This document shows positions 9,376 through 18,229 of a stretch of 59,835 bases of DNA, piece by piece. Positions within the stretch are counted from its first letter, which is position 1. Each line of letters starts with the position of its first letter. The notes beneath the pieces are model-generated. The model saw only the letters and a list, made by a program, of their open reading frames with translations, was not told the DNA's origin and did not search any database. Position numbers and translations under genes: made by a program. This DNA comes from Candidatus Moraniibacteriota bacterium (GTDB lineage: Bacteria; Patescibacteriota; Minisyncoccia; Moranbacterales; UBA1568). The stretch spans positions 1 to 59,835 of the forward strand of contig SSEF01000030.1 in the NCBI GenBank assembly GCA_008012175.1, read 5' to 3'.

Positions 9376-11871
9376 ATGCTCACTCCCGCCTTCGGTGAAA
9401 AGCTGTCGTTTCATGCGCGGCACGCCCTGAAAGAGGCGCGCGATATCGCCCGTTACACGCGGACCGAGGAAATTGAGCCGCGTCATCTCCTCCTTGCACT
9501 TTCGCTTGAATCCGGCAGTCTTGGTGGCATCCTGCTCGAAAACATCGGCTTCAAGAAAGATGCCGTGGGCAAGCTTTGTCTGAAAAAGTCGCCGGCCAAC
9601 AAACGGACGGCCAGCTCGGACTATTCGCCTGCCATGTCCCCGGCAGTCCAGACGATTCTGAAACGTGCCTATGTCCTCGCCAAAGAGCACGGGTACCCCT
9701 ATGTCGGGACCGAGCATTTGGTTGCTGCCCTCCTCGAATCAGACGACGAATCGCTCCTCGCTATCGTCGAGACGCTCGAAGTCAGCGAAGAAAAGGTCCG
9801 CACCGCGCTTGAAACACATCTCCGGTTTGAACACTTCCCCGAGCTTGCCAAAATGTTCGACCTTCCCGACTTTCCGCTTTCTCAGGGGCCGCATCGGGAA
9901 CGTGAAACCGTAAATAACACTTCCTTTCTCGATCAGTACGCGATCGACCTCGCTGAAGCTGCGGGCGAAGGATTCCGTTTCGTCGGCCGCGATCGTGAAA
10001 TCGACCGGCTCACTCATATCCTCGGCCGAAAAGAGAAGAACAATGCTATCCTCGTCGGCGATCCAGGTGTCGGCAAGACCGCGCTTGTTACCGCGCTCGC
10101 CCTTCGGATGAAGGAGGGATTGGCTGGGCCAGTGCTTTCAGGAAAACGGATCTATTCGCTTGATCTCGCCCTCCTCGTCGCCGGGACTAGCTTTCGTGGG
10201 GAATTCGAGAACCGCGTGAAGGAGCTGCTACATGAAGTACGTCAGCGACATGATGTGGTTCTCTTCATCGATGAAATCCATACGCTTATTGGCACTGGCA
10301 ACACTCAAGGCGGACTCGATGCAGCCAATATCCTGAAGCCGGCGCTTGCCCGCGGCGAGATCCAGGTCATCGGTGCGACTACCTTCTCCGAATACAAGCG
10401 GCATTTTGAAAAGGATGCCGCCCTGGAGCGGCGCTTCCAGCCACTTCCGCTCGCCGAACCGAACGCCGAAGAAACACTCCGGATTCTAGAGCACGCGCGG
10501 CCGGCCTACGAAGCGTTTCATGCGCTCACGATCGATCCTGAAGCAATCCGCGCAACGGTCGAACTTTCAGTCCGCTATATCCCGGATCGCTTTCTCCCTG
10601 ATAAGGCACTCGACCTCCTCGATGAGGCTGCATCGCTCGTCCGGCACCGCCGTGCAGGAAATGAGAAGAGTAGCTTTTCGACGCTCCTCTCGCTTGAGCG
10701 CGAGCTTGCCGAAGCGGAAAGCCGGAAGGAAGACCTCATTGCCAAAGGCGACTACGACGAAGCCGAGTCTGTGAAACGTTCAGTCTCGCTCATCGAATCC
10801 CGGCTCCAGGAATTGGCAGAAGGAGCTTCTTCAGCACCAAAATCCAAAAAAGTTATAGTGAAGCCAGCCGATATCCTCGAAATTGTCTCCCGGGCAACCG
10901 GCATCCCATTCGCCCGGCTTTCCGAAGACACGCCATCCGCCCGCCTCGAGCGAGTCAGGCATTCGCTTCGGAAGAAGATCATCGGCCAAGATGATGCGAA
11001 AGCGAAAATCCTCACGACCCTCGCCCGATCCATCTCGAATATCAATGATCCAAACCGCCCGCTCGGCTCCTTCCTGTTCCTCGGGCCCACCGGCGTCGGC
11101 AAGACCTATCTCGCAAAAGTCTTGGCGGAAGAATTCTTCGGCGATGAAAAGGCTCTTGTCCGCCTCGACATGAGCGAATTCATGGAACGCCATTCCGTGG
11201 CGCAGATCATCGGCGCGCCAGCCGGCTATGTTGGCTATGGCGATGGCGGCAAGCTGACCGAGGCAATCCGCCGGCGGCCATACGCTGTCGTACTCTTCGA
11301 TGAGGTTGAAAAGGCGCACCCGGATGTTTTCAATATCCTCCTCCAAATCCTTGACGACGGACAGCTGACCGATGCTGAAGGCCGCCGCGTCTCATTCAAG
11401 AATACTCTCATCATCCTCACCTCGAACATTGGAACGGCGAGCTTTACCAGTTCAGCCAAGGTTGGTTTCGCCGAGTCCGTCCCGGGCCGTATCCTCCAGG
11501 CTGAATTCGAAGCAATCAAACGCGAAGTCCTCGAGGGACTGAAGAAGGAACTGCGGCCCGAGCTCCTCGGCCGACTCGACCAAACGGTTGTCTTTAGCGC
11601 GCTCGATCGTTCAGCGACCCAGGAGATCGCGCTCCTCGAGCTCGACCGGCTTAAACGGCGCCTTTCGGCCCAAGGAATCGCTCTCGCTGTACCCGAGAGC
11701 GTGTCAAAATGGATAGCCGAGAAAAGCTTTACCCCAGAACAAGGGGCTCGCCTCATCAGAAAGAATATCCAGGAGCATGTCGAGTCCATCCTCGCTGAGA
11801 AGATGCTTGGCAAACGTCTCCCGAAAAAATTATCGCTTTCGATCCGACACGATGCTGTCCTCGCTCGCTAA
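9376..11871 (+). CDS. clpC: AAA+ chaperone ATPase ClpC/ClpB family (Clp protease ATP-binding subunit)
   Basis: 831 aa. Clp_N repeats ([10 protein letters not shown]), two Walker A motifs ([18 protein letters not shown]), middle coiled coil, and the [29 protein letters not shown] signature. Confidence 0.9.
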   Translation: MLTPAFGEKLSFHARHALKEARDIARYTRTEEIEPRHLLLALSLESGSLGGILLENIGFKKDAVGKLCLKKSPANKRTASSDYSPAMSPAVQTILKRAYVLAKEHGYPYVGTEHLVAALLESDDESLLAIVETLEVSEEKVRTALETHLRFEHFPELAKMFDLPDFPLSQGPHRERETVNNTSFLDQYAIDLAEAAGEGFRFVGRDREIDRLTHILGRKEKNNAILVGDPGVGKTALVTALALRMKEGLAGPVLSGKRIYSLDLALLVAGTSFRGEFENRVKELLHEVRQRHDVVLFIDEIHTLIGTGNTQGGLDAANILKPALARGEIQVIGATTFSEYKRHFEKDAALERRFQPLPLAEPNAEETLRILEHARPAYEAFHALTIDPEAIRATVELSVRYIPDRFLPDKALDLLDEAASLVRHRRAGNEKSSFSTLLSLERELAEAESRKEDLIAKGDYDEAESVKRSVSLIESRLQELAEGASSAPKSKKVIVKPADILEIVSRATGIPFARLSEDTPSARLERVRHSLRKKIIGQDDAKAKILTTLARSISNINDPNRPLGSFLFLGPTGVGKTYLAKVLAEEFFGDEKALVRLDMSEFMERHSVAQIIGAPAGYVGYGDGGKLTEAIRRRPYAVVLFDEVEKAHPDVFNILLQILDDGQLTDAEGRRVSFKNTLIILTSNIGTASFTSSAKVGFAESVPGRILQAEFEAIKREVLEGLKKELRPELLGRLDQTVVFSALDRSATQEIALLELDRLKRRLSAQGIALAVPESVSKWIAEKSFTPEQGARLIRKNIQEHVESILAEKMLGKRLPKKLSLSIRHDAVLAR

Positions 11872-12565
11872 GACATTTACTGACCTCTTCTTCCCGCTTC
11901 ATTGCTTCGGCTGCGGGCAAGAGGGCGCCATCGCCTGCCGTGCCTGCCTCGCCGCTATTCCAGAAACCGAGTACCAAGAATGTCCGGTCTGCCGGAGACC
12001 GTATCAGAAGAACGGTGCAGTTTGCCGAAATTGCCGAAAAGCGACAGCGATTGACGGGCTCTTCGTAGCCCGTCCATACCGCCATCGCCTCCTCCGACGG
12101 CTCGTATTTGCGTTGAAGTATCGCTTCATCGATGCAGCCACCGAACCGCTCGTTTCACTCCTCGCTGAAAGCATCATTCACCATCCGCTTTCCCTCCCCG
12201 ATCTGGTCATCCCGGTTCCGCTTCATTCCCGGCGCCTGCGCTTCCGGGGATTCAATCAGGCAGAAGTGCTCGCGGAAAAACTCATGAAACAGCTGCTTCC
12301 AGGAGAACCCATACCGGTCCGCGCCGATCTCCTTCAGCGTACCCGCTTCACTAAGCCCCAGATGAAGACCAACTCGAAATCTGAGCGTCTGGCCAATTTA
12401 TCAGATGCCTTCGCTGTACCGATCGAAGCCGCTGGGCCACTTGTCGGACAATATGTCTGGCTCATCGATGATGTCGCTACAACCGGCACAACACTCGATG
12501 AATGCGCACGCGCGCTCAAGAATGCCGGGGCGAAATCCGTCTGGGGTATCGTCATTGCCCGCTGA
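11852..12565 (+). CDS. comFC: ComF family protein (ComFC, phosphoribosyltransferase-like competence protein)
   Basis: N-terminal zinc-finger cysteines (CFGCG...CRAC...CPVC...CRNC) and PRTase motif VWLIDDVATTGTTL. Start chosen at ATG 11852 (MLSSLAK), overlapping the clpC end by 20 nt. Confidence 0.85.
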   Translation: MLSSLAKTFTDLFFPLHCFGCGQEGAIACRACLAAIPETEYQECPVCRRPYQKNGAVCRNCRKATAIDGLFVARPYRHRLLRRLVFALKYRFIDAATEPLVSLLAESIIHHPLSLPDLVIPVPLHSRRLRFRGFNQAEVLAEKLMKQLLPGEPIPVRADLLQRTRFTKPQMKTNSKSERLANLSDAFAVPIEAAGPLVGQYVWLIDDVATTGTTLDECARALKNAGAKSVWGIVIAR

Positions 12566-12570
12566 AAGAA

Positions 12571-12990
12571 CTAGAGATCCGATTGCTCAGCGTAGCGCTT
12601 GAAAGAATCGAGGATCGACTGCCACCCGGCTTGCTGCAATTCTCTCGAGTTCATATCTTCCGGTTCGAACATTTCGACAATCCTCGTACCGCCTTCGACC
12701 GGCGCAAACTGCACACTCACTTTACGATCGCCTTCCATCGTGTATTCGATCCGCCTGTGCTGATCGACCACCGTATACGTACCATTGAAGTCAAACTCCG
12801 CTGAACCGTCTTTCGCTCTCATGACGGCGGAAAAATGCCCGCCGACCCGGAGATCGCTGACTGCCTTTGGACACTCCCAATCATCCGAGGCATGATTCCA
12901 TGCCTGGACATGTTCGGGTCCGGTCCAAAGATTCCAGACCGTTTCTACCTCTCTTGCGACGATTGCTTCGACGATAATCGGATTTTGCAT
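12571..12990 (-). CDS. SRPBCC superfamily protein (AHSA1/START-like)
   Basis: 139 aa. IIVEAIVAREVETVWNLWTGPEHVQAW...FDFNGTYTVVD...RIEY pattern is typical of AHSA1-type SRPBCC proteins. Confidence 0.7.
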   Translation of the reverse strand: MQNPIIVEAIVAREVETVWNLWTGPEHVQAWNHASDDWECPKAVSDLRVGGHFSAVMRAKDGSAEFDFNGTYTVVDQHRRIEYTMEGDRKVSVQFAPVEGGTRIVEMFEPEDMNSRELQQAGWQSILDSFKRYAEQSDL

Positions 12991-13012
12991 ACGGCTTTCA
13001 GCGTATTACAGG

Positions 13013-13261
13013 TTATTTTTTCCAGCGTGGTGCAAATCGGATCATCCAAGCATAAAACATAGCGAGATACTTGTTCATACCGCGTGCCAGCATCCCTTCA
13101 TAGGCAGCGCTCTGAAACTCTTTCAGGTCCGAACCCTCATAGCAGAGCTTCCCGTCCCGAAAACAGAGGCTGCAGTAGCGATCGCTTTCACGCGTGCCGG
13201 GATCCTTATCGAACGGCATAAGGCAGCTTTCGCACGCCGGACTGTCCTTGAAAAATGGCAT
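13013..13261 (-). CDS. Small zinc-ribbon domain protein
   Basis: 82 aa. CESC...CSLC pairs near the N-terminus. Resembles the putative zinc-ribbon family often annotated next to such small stress genes. Confidence 0.55.
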   Translation of the reverse strand: MPFFKDSPACESCLMPFDKDPGTRESDRYCSLCFRDGKLCYEGSDLKEFQSAAYEGMLARGMNKYLAMFYAWMIRFAPRWKK

Positions 13262-13280
13262 AGGGAACTACGGTGAGTAT

Positions 13281-14189
13281 TTATTCTCCGTTAAAGGCTT
13301 TTTCCAAAGCGGCCAGATCGAGCCGCCTCATCTGGTACATCGCCTGATTCATACGTGCGACCTTCGCCTTATCGGGATCGTTTTGGAGTTCGAGGATCTT
13401 CTGCGGCACTACCTGCCACGACACGCCATACTGGTCCTTCAACCAGCCGCAGATCTCGGCTTCCGGCACAGCGGAGAGCTTGTTCGTGTAGTAATCCATT
13501 TCCGCCTGGTCTTCGCACTGGATCATGAGAGAAACCCCTTCACCAAAAGTGAAGGCATGCGCTGGATGCCCAGAATCCATCGCGGCGAACCACTGGTTTT
13601 CGAGCTGGAAGTCCGAATACATGATGGTCCCTTCCGGATCTGTCTCGCTGCCTTTCGGATAGCGCGCTACGATACCCGGCTTCGAGTTCTTGAAAACGGA
13701 CTGGTAAAACTGCACCGCTTCTTCGGCTTTCCCAGCGACTGCGCCGACGAAGAGGAAAGACGGGACGATGACTGGCCGCTCATCGCCCTCCGGATTCGTC
13801 AGGATGAGCTGCCATGACACGCCGTACTTGTCCTCTATCCAGCCATAGCGCCGACTGAAGGGATAGGTCCCGAGCTCCATCAAGACCTTGCCACCCGAGA
13901 GCAGCTTCTCCCACAGCTGATTCAAGCGCTCTTCGGCCTGAGCATCTCGCGAGGGGTCGAAATTGACGAAGAATGAAATTGACGGATTGGGCTTGAAGTC
14001 ATGTCCGGCAGCAAGGAGGAAGAATGACTGGCCAAACATCTCGATTTCAGCGGTCGAAAATCCCCCGCCCGGACCGGTCATCCCCGTCTGGACGTTCTTT
14101 ACCTCGGCACCGTCAAAGACACTGGCATAGTACCGAGCGACAGCGTCAGCGTCCTTCTCGAACCAGAGGCATGGAGTGATTTTCTGCAT
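13281..14189 (-). CDS. VOC/glyoxalase-fold family protein, two-domain (3-demethylubiquinone-9 3-methyltransferase-domain/PhnB-like)
   Basis: 302 aa. MQKITPCLWFEKDADAVARYYASVF and the repeated YGVSWQ motif are typical of this family. Confidence 0.7.
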   Translation of the reverse strand: MQKITPCLWFEKDADAVARYYASVFDGAEVKNVQTGMTGPGGGFSTAEIEMFGQSFFLLAAGHDFKPNPSISFFVNFDPSRDAQAEERLNQLWEKLLSGGKVLMELGTYPFSRRYGWIEDKYGVSWQLILTNPEGDERPVIVPSFLFVGAVAGKAEEAVQFYQSVFKNSKPGIVARYPKGSETDPEGTIMYSDFQLENQWFAAMDSGHPAHAFTFGEGVSLMIQCEDQAEMDYYTNKLSAVPEAEICGWLKDQYGVSWQVVPQKILELQNDPDKAKVARMNQAMYQMRRLDLAALEKAFNGE

Positions 14190-14199
14190 AGGTACCGTT

Positions 14200-14622
14200 T
14201 TAGTTCGAGAAGAGACTGAGTACTGTCGCCGCGATCATGAGGCACGCGAGCGAACCGCCTGCCATGATGGCCGTTTTCTTCAGCATCCACTCTTTCGGGG
14301 TCCCGCCGAACATGACCGCACTCGCCTGAGTCGGCACGACAAAGCCGAGCCACACAAAACCGGCGAGACCATACGTATTCCAATCGGCTGGCAGACCACC
14401 AATGAGCAAAGCCAGCACGAAAGTCGTCACGAGCGTCCCGAGAAATTGGATCCCGAGCTGCAGCCCCATTTCTTTCTGGGCTTTTTCCTGGTCTTCCTTC
14501 GAGAGCCGATCATACCCGTGCATCGCGCCCCAGGCCTTTCCAAAAAGCGGCATATACCACACCCAGCCGCAAATGAACTGCAGCACCGTCGCTACCCCGA
14601 TTGCCAGATAATTGAGTTCCAT
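14200..14622 (-). CDS. DUF1761-like integral membrane protein
   Basis: 140 aa with four predicted TM helices. The N-terminus (LNYLAIGVATVLQFICGWVWYMPLFGKAW) matches my recollection of DUF1761. Confidence 0.5.
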   Translation of the reverse strand: MELNYLAIGVATVLQFICGWVWYMPLFGKAWGAMHGYDRLSKEDQEKAQKEMGLQLGIQFLGTLVTTFVLALLIGGLPADWNTYGLAGFVWLGFVVPTQASAVMFGGTPKEWMLKKTAIMAGGSLACLMIAATVLSLFSN

Positions 14623-14681
14623 AGGAAATATGATTGATTACCTTTCCCCTACTATAATCCAAAATCCCCAAGTCACAAGGA

Positions 14682-15236
14682 TTAATTCTTCACTCTGTAG
14701 CGGAGGATGACGCCGCCGTTTGAAAGCGCTCGGGATTCTAGGAGTTCGAGATTCCGTGTCGCATATCCCTCGGTAAACAGTCTCCGGCCCCGGCCGAGGA
14801 TGGTGGGCGCGATGCACAGGCGGATTTCGTCGATCAGCCCAGCGTTCAGGAGCGATTCTGCGAGCTTCCCGCTCCCGAAGACATACATCGGCCGGTCAGC
14901 CTCTTCTTTGAGGCGCGCTAATTCCGATACGGCATCGCGGACGATTGTCGTATTGTTCCACTCAGCTGTTTCGAGCGTCGCCGAGCACACCACTTTGGCG
15001 ATGCTATTCATGAGCGGTGCTACCTCGCCCTCATCTTCCGCTTTCTGCCAATACTCGGCCATGCCCTGATAGGTCTTCTTGCCGAAGACGAGCATATCCG
15101 CTTCCCGGAGCTGCGCGAGGCTCTGCGCTTCGAGCTCCGGCCCCCACACCAGGCTATGGAAAGACAAGTCCCACGGTTTCTCGCCTTCGAAACAGCCGTC
15201 GAGCGTCACGACATTCCACACGATGAGTTTTCTCAT
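14682..15236 (-). CDS. Dihydrofolate reductase-like (RibD C-terminal domain) family protein
   Basis: 184 aa. MRKLIVWNVVTLDGCFEG...MYVFGSGKLAESLL...DEIRLCIAPTILGRG pattern. Confidence 0.75.
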   Translation of the reverse strand: MRKLIVWNVVTLDGCFEGEKPWDLSFHSLVWGPELEAQSLAQLREADMLVFGKKTYQGMAEYWQKAEDEGEVAPLMNSIAKVVCSATLETAEWNNTTIVRDAVSELARLKEEADRPMYVFGSGKLAESLLNAGLIDEIRLCIAPTILGRGRRLFTEGYATRNLELLESRALSNGGVILRYRVKN

Positions 15237-15264
15237 ACCGTTATGATCTCAATTAACAATCAGC

Positions 15265-15666
15265 CTATTTCAGCCTTTCCAGCTTCCCTTTTCTTTTGAC
15301 GATGTTCTTGTAGTCCCATTGGATGTCTACTGATTTTTTCAGCCAGCGCCTGAGGTCTTTCGATTTTATCTGCTCGATCGCCGTGAAGAAAAGAGAAGCA
15401 TCTTTGAATTTCTTGCTTCTCACGCTCAAGTCTTCTTCATCGAAATCAGCACCACTCCAAAACATCAGGCGCAAGCCCGCTTTCTGCCTGCTATAGCCGA
15501 CGATCGGATTCCCGTCCAAGAACCAGACAGGCGCGCCATGCCATATTTTCGCCTCAGCGTTTTTCAGCACGCGATCAATTTCCGTCCTGAGGAAATCACA
15601 CATCTCCCGGTCTCCCTTTGCCTGTGCCGCATTGTAGGCGCTGATTGTCATGTGAGTTGTTTTCAC
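15265..15666 (-). CDS. DUF1801 (YdhG-like) domain protein
   Basis: 133 aa. IWHGAPVWFLDGNPIVGYSRQKAGLRLMFWSG pattern is typical of the family. Alternative start at the sixth codon. Confidence 0.5.
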   Translation of the reverse strand: MKTTHMTISAYNAAQAKGDREMCDFLRTEIDRVLKNAEAKIWHGAPVWFLDGNPIVGYSRQKAGLRLMFWSGADFDEEDLSVRSKKFKDASLFFTAIEQIKSKDLRRWLKKSVDIQWDYKNIVKRKGKLERLK

Positions 15667-15675
15667 GCTGGTACT

Positions 15676-16107
15676 CTAGCCCCTGGTCTCCGGATTGAAG
15701 TCCACCATCCACTCGATGCCGTATTTGTCACGGAACATGCCGAAGTAGGATCCCCAAGGACTGTCGCCGATCGGAAACTCGACGCTCCCACCCGCGGACA
15801 ATCCCTGAAACAGTCTATCTGCCTCTTCCTTGCTTTCGACATTGATCGAGATCTTGCTCCGGTTCTCGTTTTCATTCGTCCGTCCCATACTCTCGGGCAC
15901 ATCATTGCCCATCAGCATATTGCCGCCGATCGGGAGCGCGATATGCATGATCTTGTTCGCCTCGTGTTCCGCCACGGGAAAGTCCGGTCCCGCCATATCC
16001 CGGAAGCGCGCCACCCGAGCAAACTCTCCGCCAAAGACCGATCGGTAGAACTCAAACGCTTCCTCGGCATTGCCATTGAAGTTGATGTACGGATTGATAG
16101 TGGTCAT
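15676..16107 (-). CDS. VOC/glyoxalase family protein (PhnB-like)
   Basis: 143 aa. INPYINFNGNAEEAFEFYRSVFGGEF...FRDKYGIEWMV is typical of PhnB-like VOC proteins. Confidence 0.75.
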   Translation of the reverse strand: MTTINPYINFNGNAEEAFEFYRSVFGGEFARVARFRDMAGPDFPVAEHEANKIMHIALPIGGNMLMGNDVPESMGRTNENENRSKISINVESKEEADRLFQGLSAGGSVEFPIGDSPWGSYFGMFRDKYGIEWMVDFNPETRG

Positions 16108-16231
16108 AGTGTTTCTTGCTAGGGTTAGCTAAGTATTTACGGCTTCATTTTTAGACGACTCAAGGGCATTATATACACTCTCTGTGCAAAGAAGGAGGTA
16201 TTAGATATTTAGTCGCACCTCTCATGTAGTT

Positions 16232-16999
16232 TTACGAACCAGAAATCCTATCCAAAAAAAATTTTGTTTCAATGATCACGAGAAATGTATGAAGAAATCC
16301 CTTTTTTGCCTCCTCAAAAGTTGAATTTGTTTTTAATTCCCTATGCTCTATTTTTTCGTTGAAATCCTTAGAGCAGCCACAATAATGCTGGAGGGCCCCC
16401 AGTAAATCAATCTCTCTTTCACTTTTTCCTAACTCACGAAACTTACTAAGTATTTTTTTAAATCGTTCGTTCGTGTTATTTCTACTCATTCCTGCTGTAT
16501 CTATCTCCAACTTCCTGCATACTAACTCTAAGAAATCTTCATAGGCCAACAGGCAATAATGCCCGACCTCTGAGTAATCATCTCTATCCTTATCAAATAA
16601 AATTTTTTCTGCATTATTTAAATGCGCCCTAACACTAGGGTAATCAGTACCGAGAGTATCGTCTGAAAGGTTTCTCATCTCGTTGATTATATCGTTGTGT
16701 GTTCTGAATGGCTTTATCTCACCAATATTATCAATAATGACTTCAAATTCATTATTGTGCATTTTTCGTTGGTCGTAACCAATAAACTTGATAAACCGAC
16801 ATTTTTCAAAGTCATTCAGTGTTTCCAATAAAGCAGCCTGATCCTTAAATAAAGGTCCTTCTGCAACAAGGCCGCGTTCTGTCCCGCCGATACACTCAAT
16901 ATCAGAAATCTTAAATCTGATTCTCTCAAAAACTGAGACTAACTTCTTTATATGCCGCATGCAAATTTCGTGCTCCCTATATTTTTGCAACCTCGCCAT
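16232..16999 (-). CDS. Hypothetical protein (helical C-terminal half, possibly Abi/HEPN-like)
   Basis: 255-aa ORF in very AT-rich DNA. No motif I can assign firmly. A C-terminal EKIEHRE and the surrounding helices vaguely resemble abortive-infection C-terminal domains. Confidence 0.5.
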   Translation of the reverse strand: MARLQKYREHEICMRHIKKLVSVFERIRFKISDIECIGGTERGLVAEGPLFKDQAALLETLNDFEKCRFIKFIGYDQRKMHNNEFEVIIDNIGEIKPFRTHNDIINEMRNLSDDTLGTDYPSVRAHLNNAEKILFDKDRDDYSEVGHYCLLAYEDFLELVCRKLEIDTAGMSRNNTNERFKKILSKFRELGKSEREIDLLGALQHYCGCSKDFNEKIEHRELKTNSTFEEAKKGFLHTFLVIIETKFFLDRISGS

Positions 17000-17267
17000 A
17001 TATTAAATGTGACTTAACCCGTGTGATCCCAATAAAAAACCGGCTTTCTCATTCCAATGGACGCCAAGCAGTTGGCTTCCTGCCCCTCCACTATAGGACA
17101 AATCCCCAGACCCCTCTAGGGGCCTGGGGATTGTCTTTGCGGGCATCATCGGTCTAGAACTTTGAGAAATCAAGCCGTTGAGGGATTTCTTGGAGGTCTT
17201 AGCCGACGAGCAGATTGAGGTGATTAGGTCGCGGTTTCGAGAAAAAATGCGACAAAAACGACAGTAC

Positions 17268-17927
17268 TCAAGCTATTTTACTCTCCTCAACTAGTTTCGT
17301 TAAATAAGGCCAGATTTTGAACTTTTTCAGCACTTTCTCTGGATCGTAGATCTCATACCATGGTGTGAGCCTAATAGTGTTCTTTTGGCCCTCCACGGGC
17401 GTAGAAACGGACTTTAAGAGCTCCTTGGGAGGTAATACACCCGCATTCTCTTTGATCAGAATAACAAGGAAGTTCGACTTAGGGACAACCCGCGCCTTAA
17501 GGACTCCTTCCCGAACTAACTTCTTTACGGTTGGAGTCTTCAGTTTTAGATAGGACTCTAGTTCCCAAGTGGAATACCAGTATTTGTTGTTATAGCAGAT
17601 CTTTCCTGGGATTTTCTTTTTATTCACGGCATCTTGGCAAGCGAGGCATTTCTTTCCCCATTTGTCATACCAGAGCTCCTCATCCTTGATAGAGATATGG
17701 CAAATGCCACAGGTATAGGTTTTTCCATCCATAAGAGAGAAACCTTTTGGGGAGTCCTTTAGTTTCTCTTTCAGTTTGAGCTCAGCGAAATGGATGTCGA
17801 GCAAAACATCGAAAAGACCGACAAGGTTCCGGGCAGACTCAGCCGCCTCTTCATATGTGATTTCCTTCCCGTACTTCTTCTTATAGATTTCTTGGAACTC
17901 TTTGACTGTTTTTTCTTTCAGTTCCAT
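17268..17927 (-). CDS. Hypothetical zinc-ribbon protein with a possible excisionase-like HTH
   Basis: 219 aa. CGIC...CLAC cysteine pairs, then WYSTWELESYLKLKTPTVKKLVREGVL (HTH-like). Divergent from the ParB-methylase gene. Confidence 0.5.
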   Translation of the reverse strand: MELKEKTVKEFQEIYKKKYGKEITYEEAAESARNLVGLFDVLLDIHFAELKLKEKLKDSPKGFSLMDGKTYTCGICHISIKDEELWYDKWGKKCLACQDAVNKKKIPGKICYNNKYWYSTWELESYLKLKTPTVKKLVREGVLKARVVPKSNFLVILIKENAGVLPPKELLKSVSTPVEGQKNTIRLTPWYEIYDPEKVLKKFKIWPYLTKLVEESKIA

Positions 17928-18175
17928 AAATTATGGTCTTAAGAATTACAGCTAGCTGAAATTGACTCGTGACAAAGTTTTAAAAAGTATCTATACTTAT
18001 TCTACAAGCACTTTGCTAATTCCAGCAGTTACTTTTGAAACGTTGCTTACAGCAACTCTTTATTTCTGTAAGAACGCCGCTCAACCGAAAGAAGAGTTCA
18101 TATTCTTGAATATGCGAATGGTCGAGTATCAAAAATATTACCCTTAGGGTGTGTTTTTGGACTCGGTCGATAACC

Positions 18176-18210
18176 AACACCACCTCATTGGGGTGGTGTT
18201 TGTGTTTATT
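18176..18210 (+). terminator. Terminator-like hairpin in the leader upstream of the ParB-methylase gene
   Basis: aacaccacc (18176-18184) pairs perfectly with ggtggtgtt (18192-18200) across a 7-nt loop. Followed by tgtgtttatt. Confidence 0.5.
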
Positions 18211-18229
18211 CGTCACTTATTCAAAAACT

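Noticed and set aside
16108-16231. A direct repeat of the tRNA-Ser 3' segment, or other att-like repeats, at the left island boundary.
   Set aside because: No copy of the T-arm/acceptor sequence (ggttcgaatccctccctctcc or its complement) is visible at 16108-16231 or 17000-17267. The island ends therefore remain undefined.
17166-17291. A stop-free frame (EIKPLRDFLEVLADEQIEVIRSRFREK...) in the GC-normal spacer, considered as a pseudogene fragment.
   Set aside because: It has no start codon, only about 40 codons and no recognisable motif, and its 3' end overlaps the 17268-17927 gene on the other strand. That is too little to call a pseudogene.
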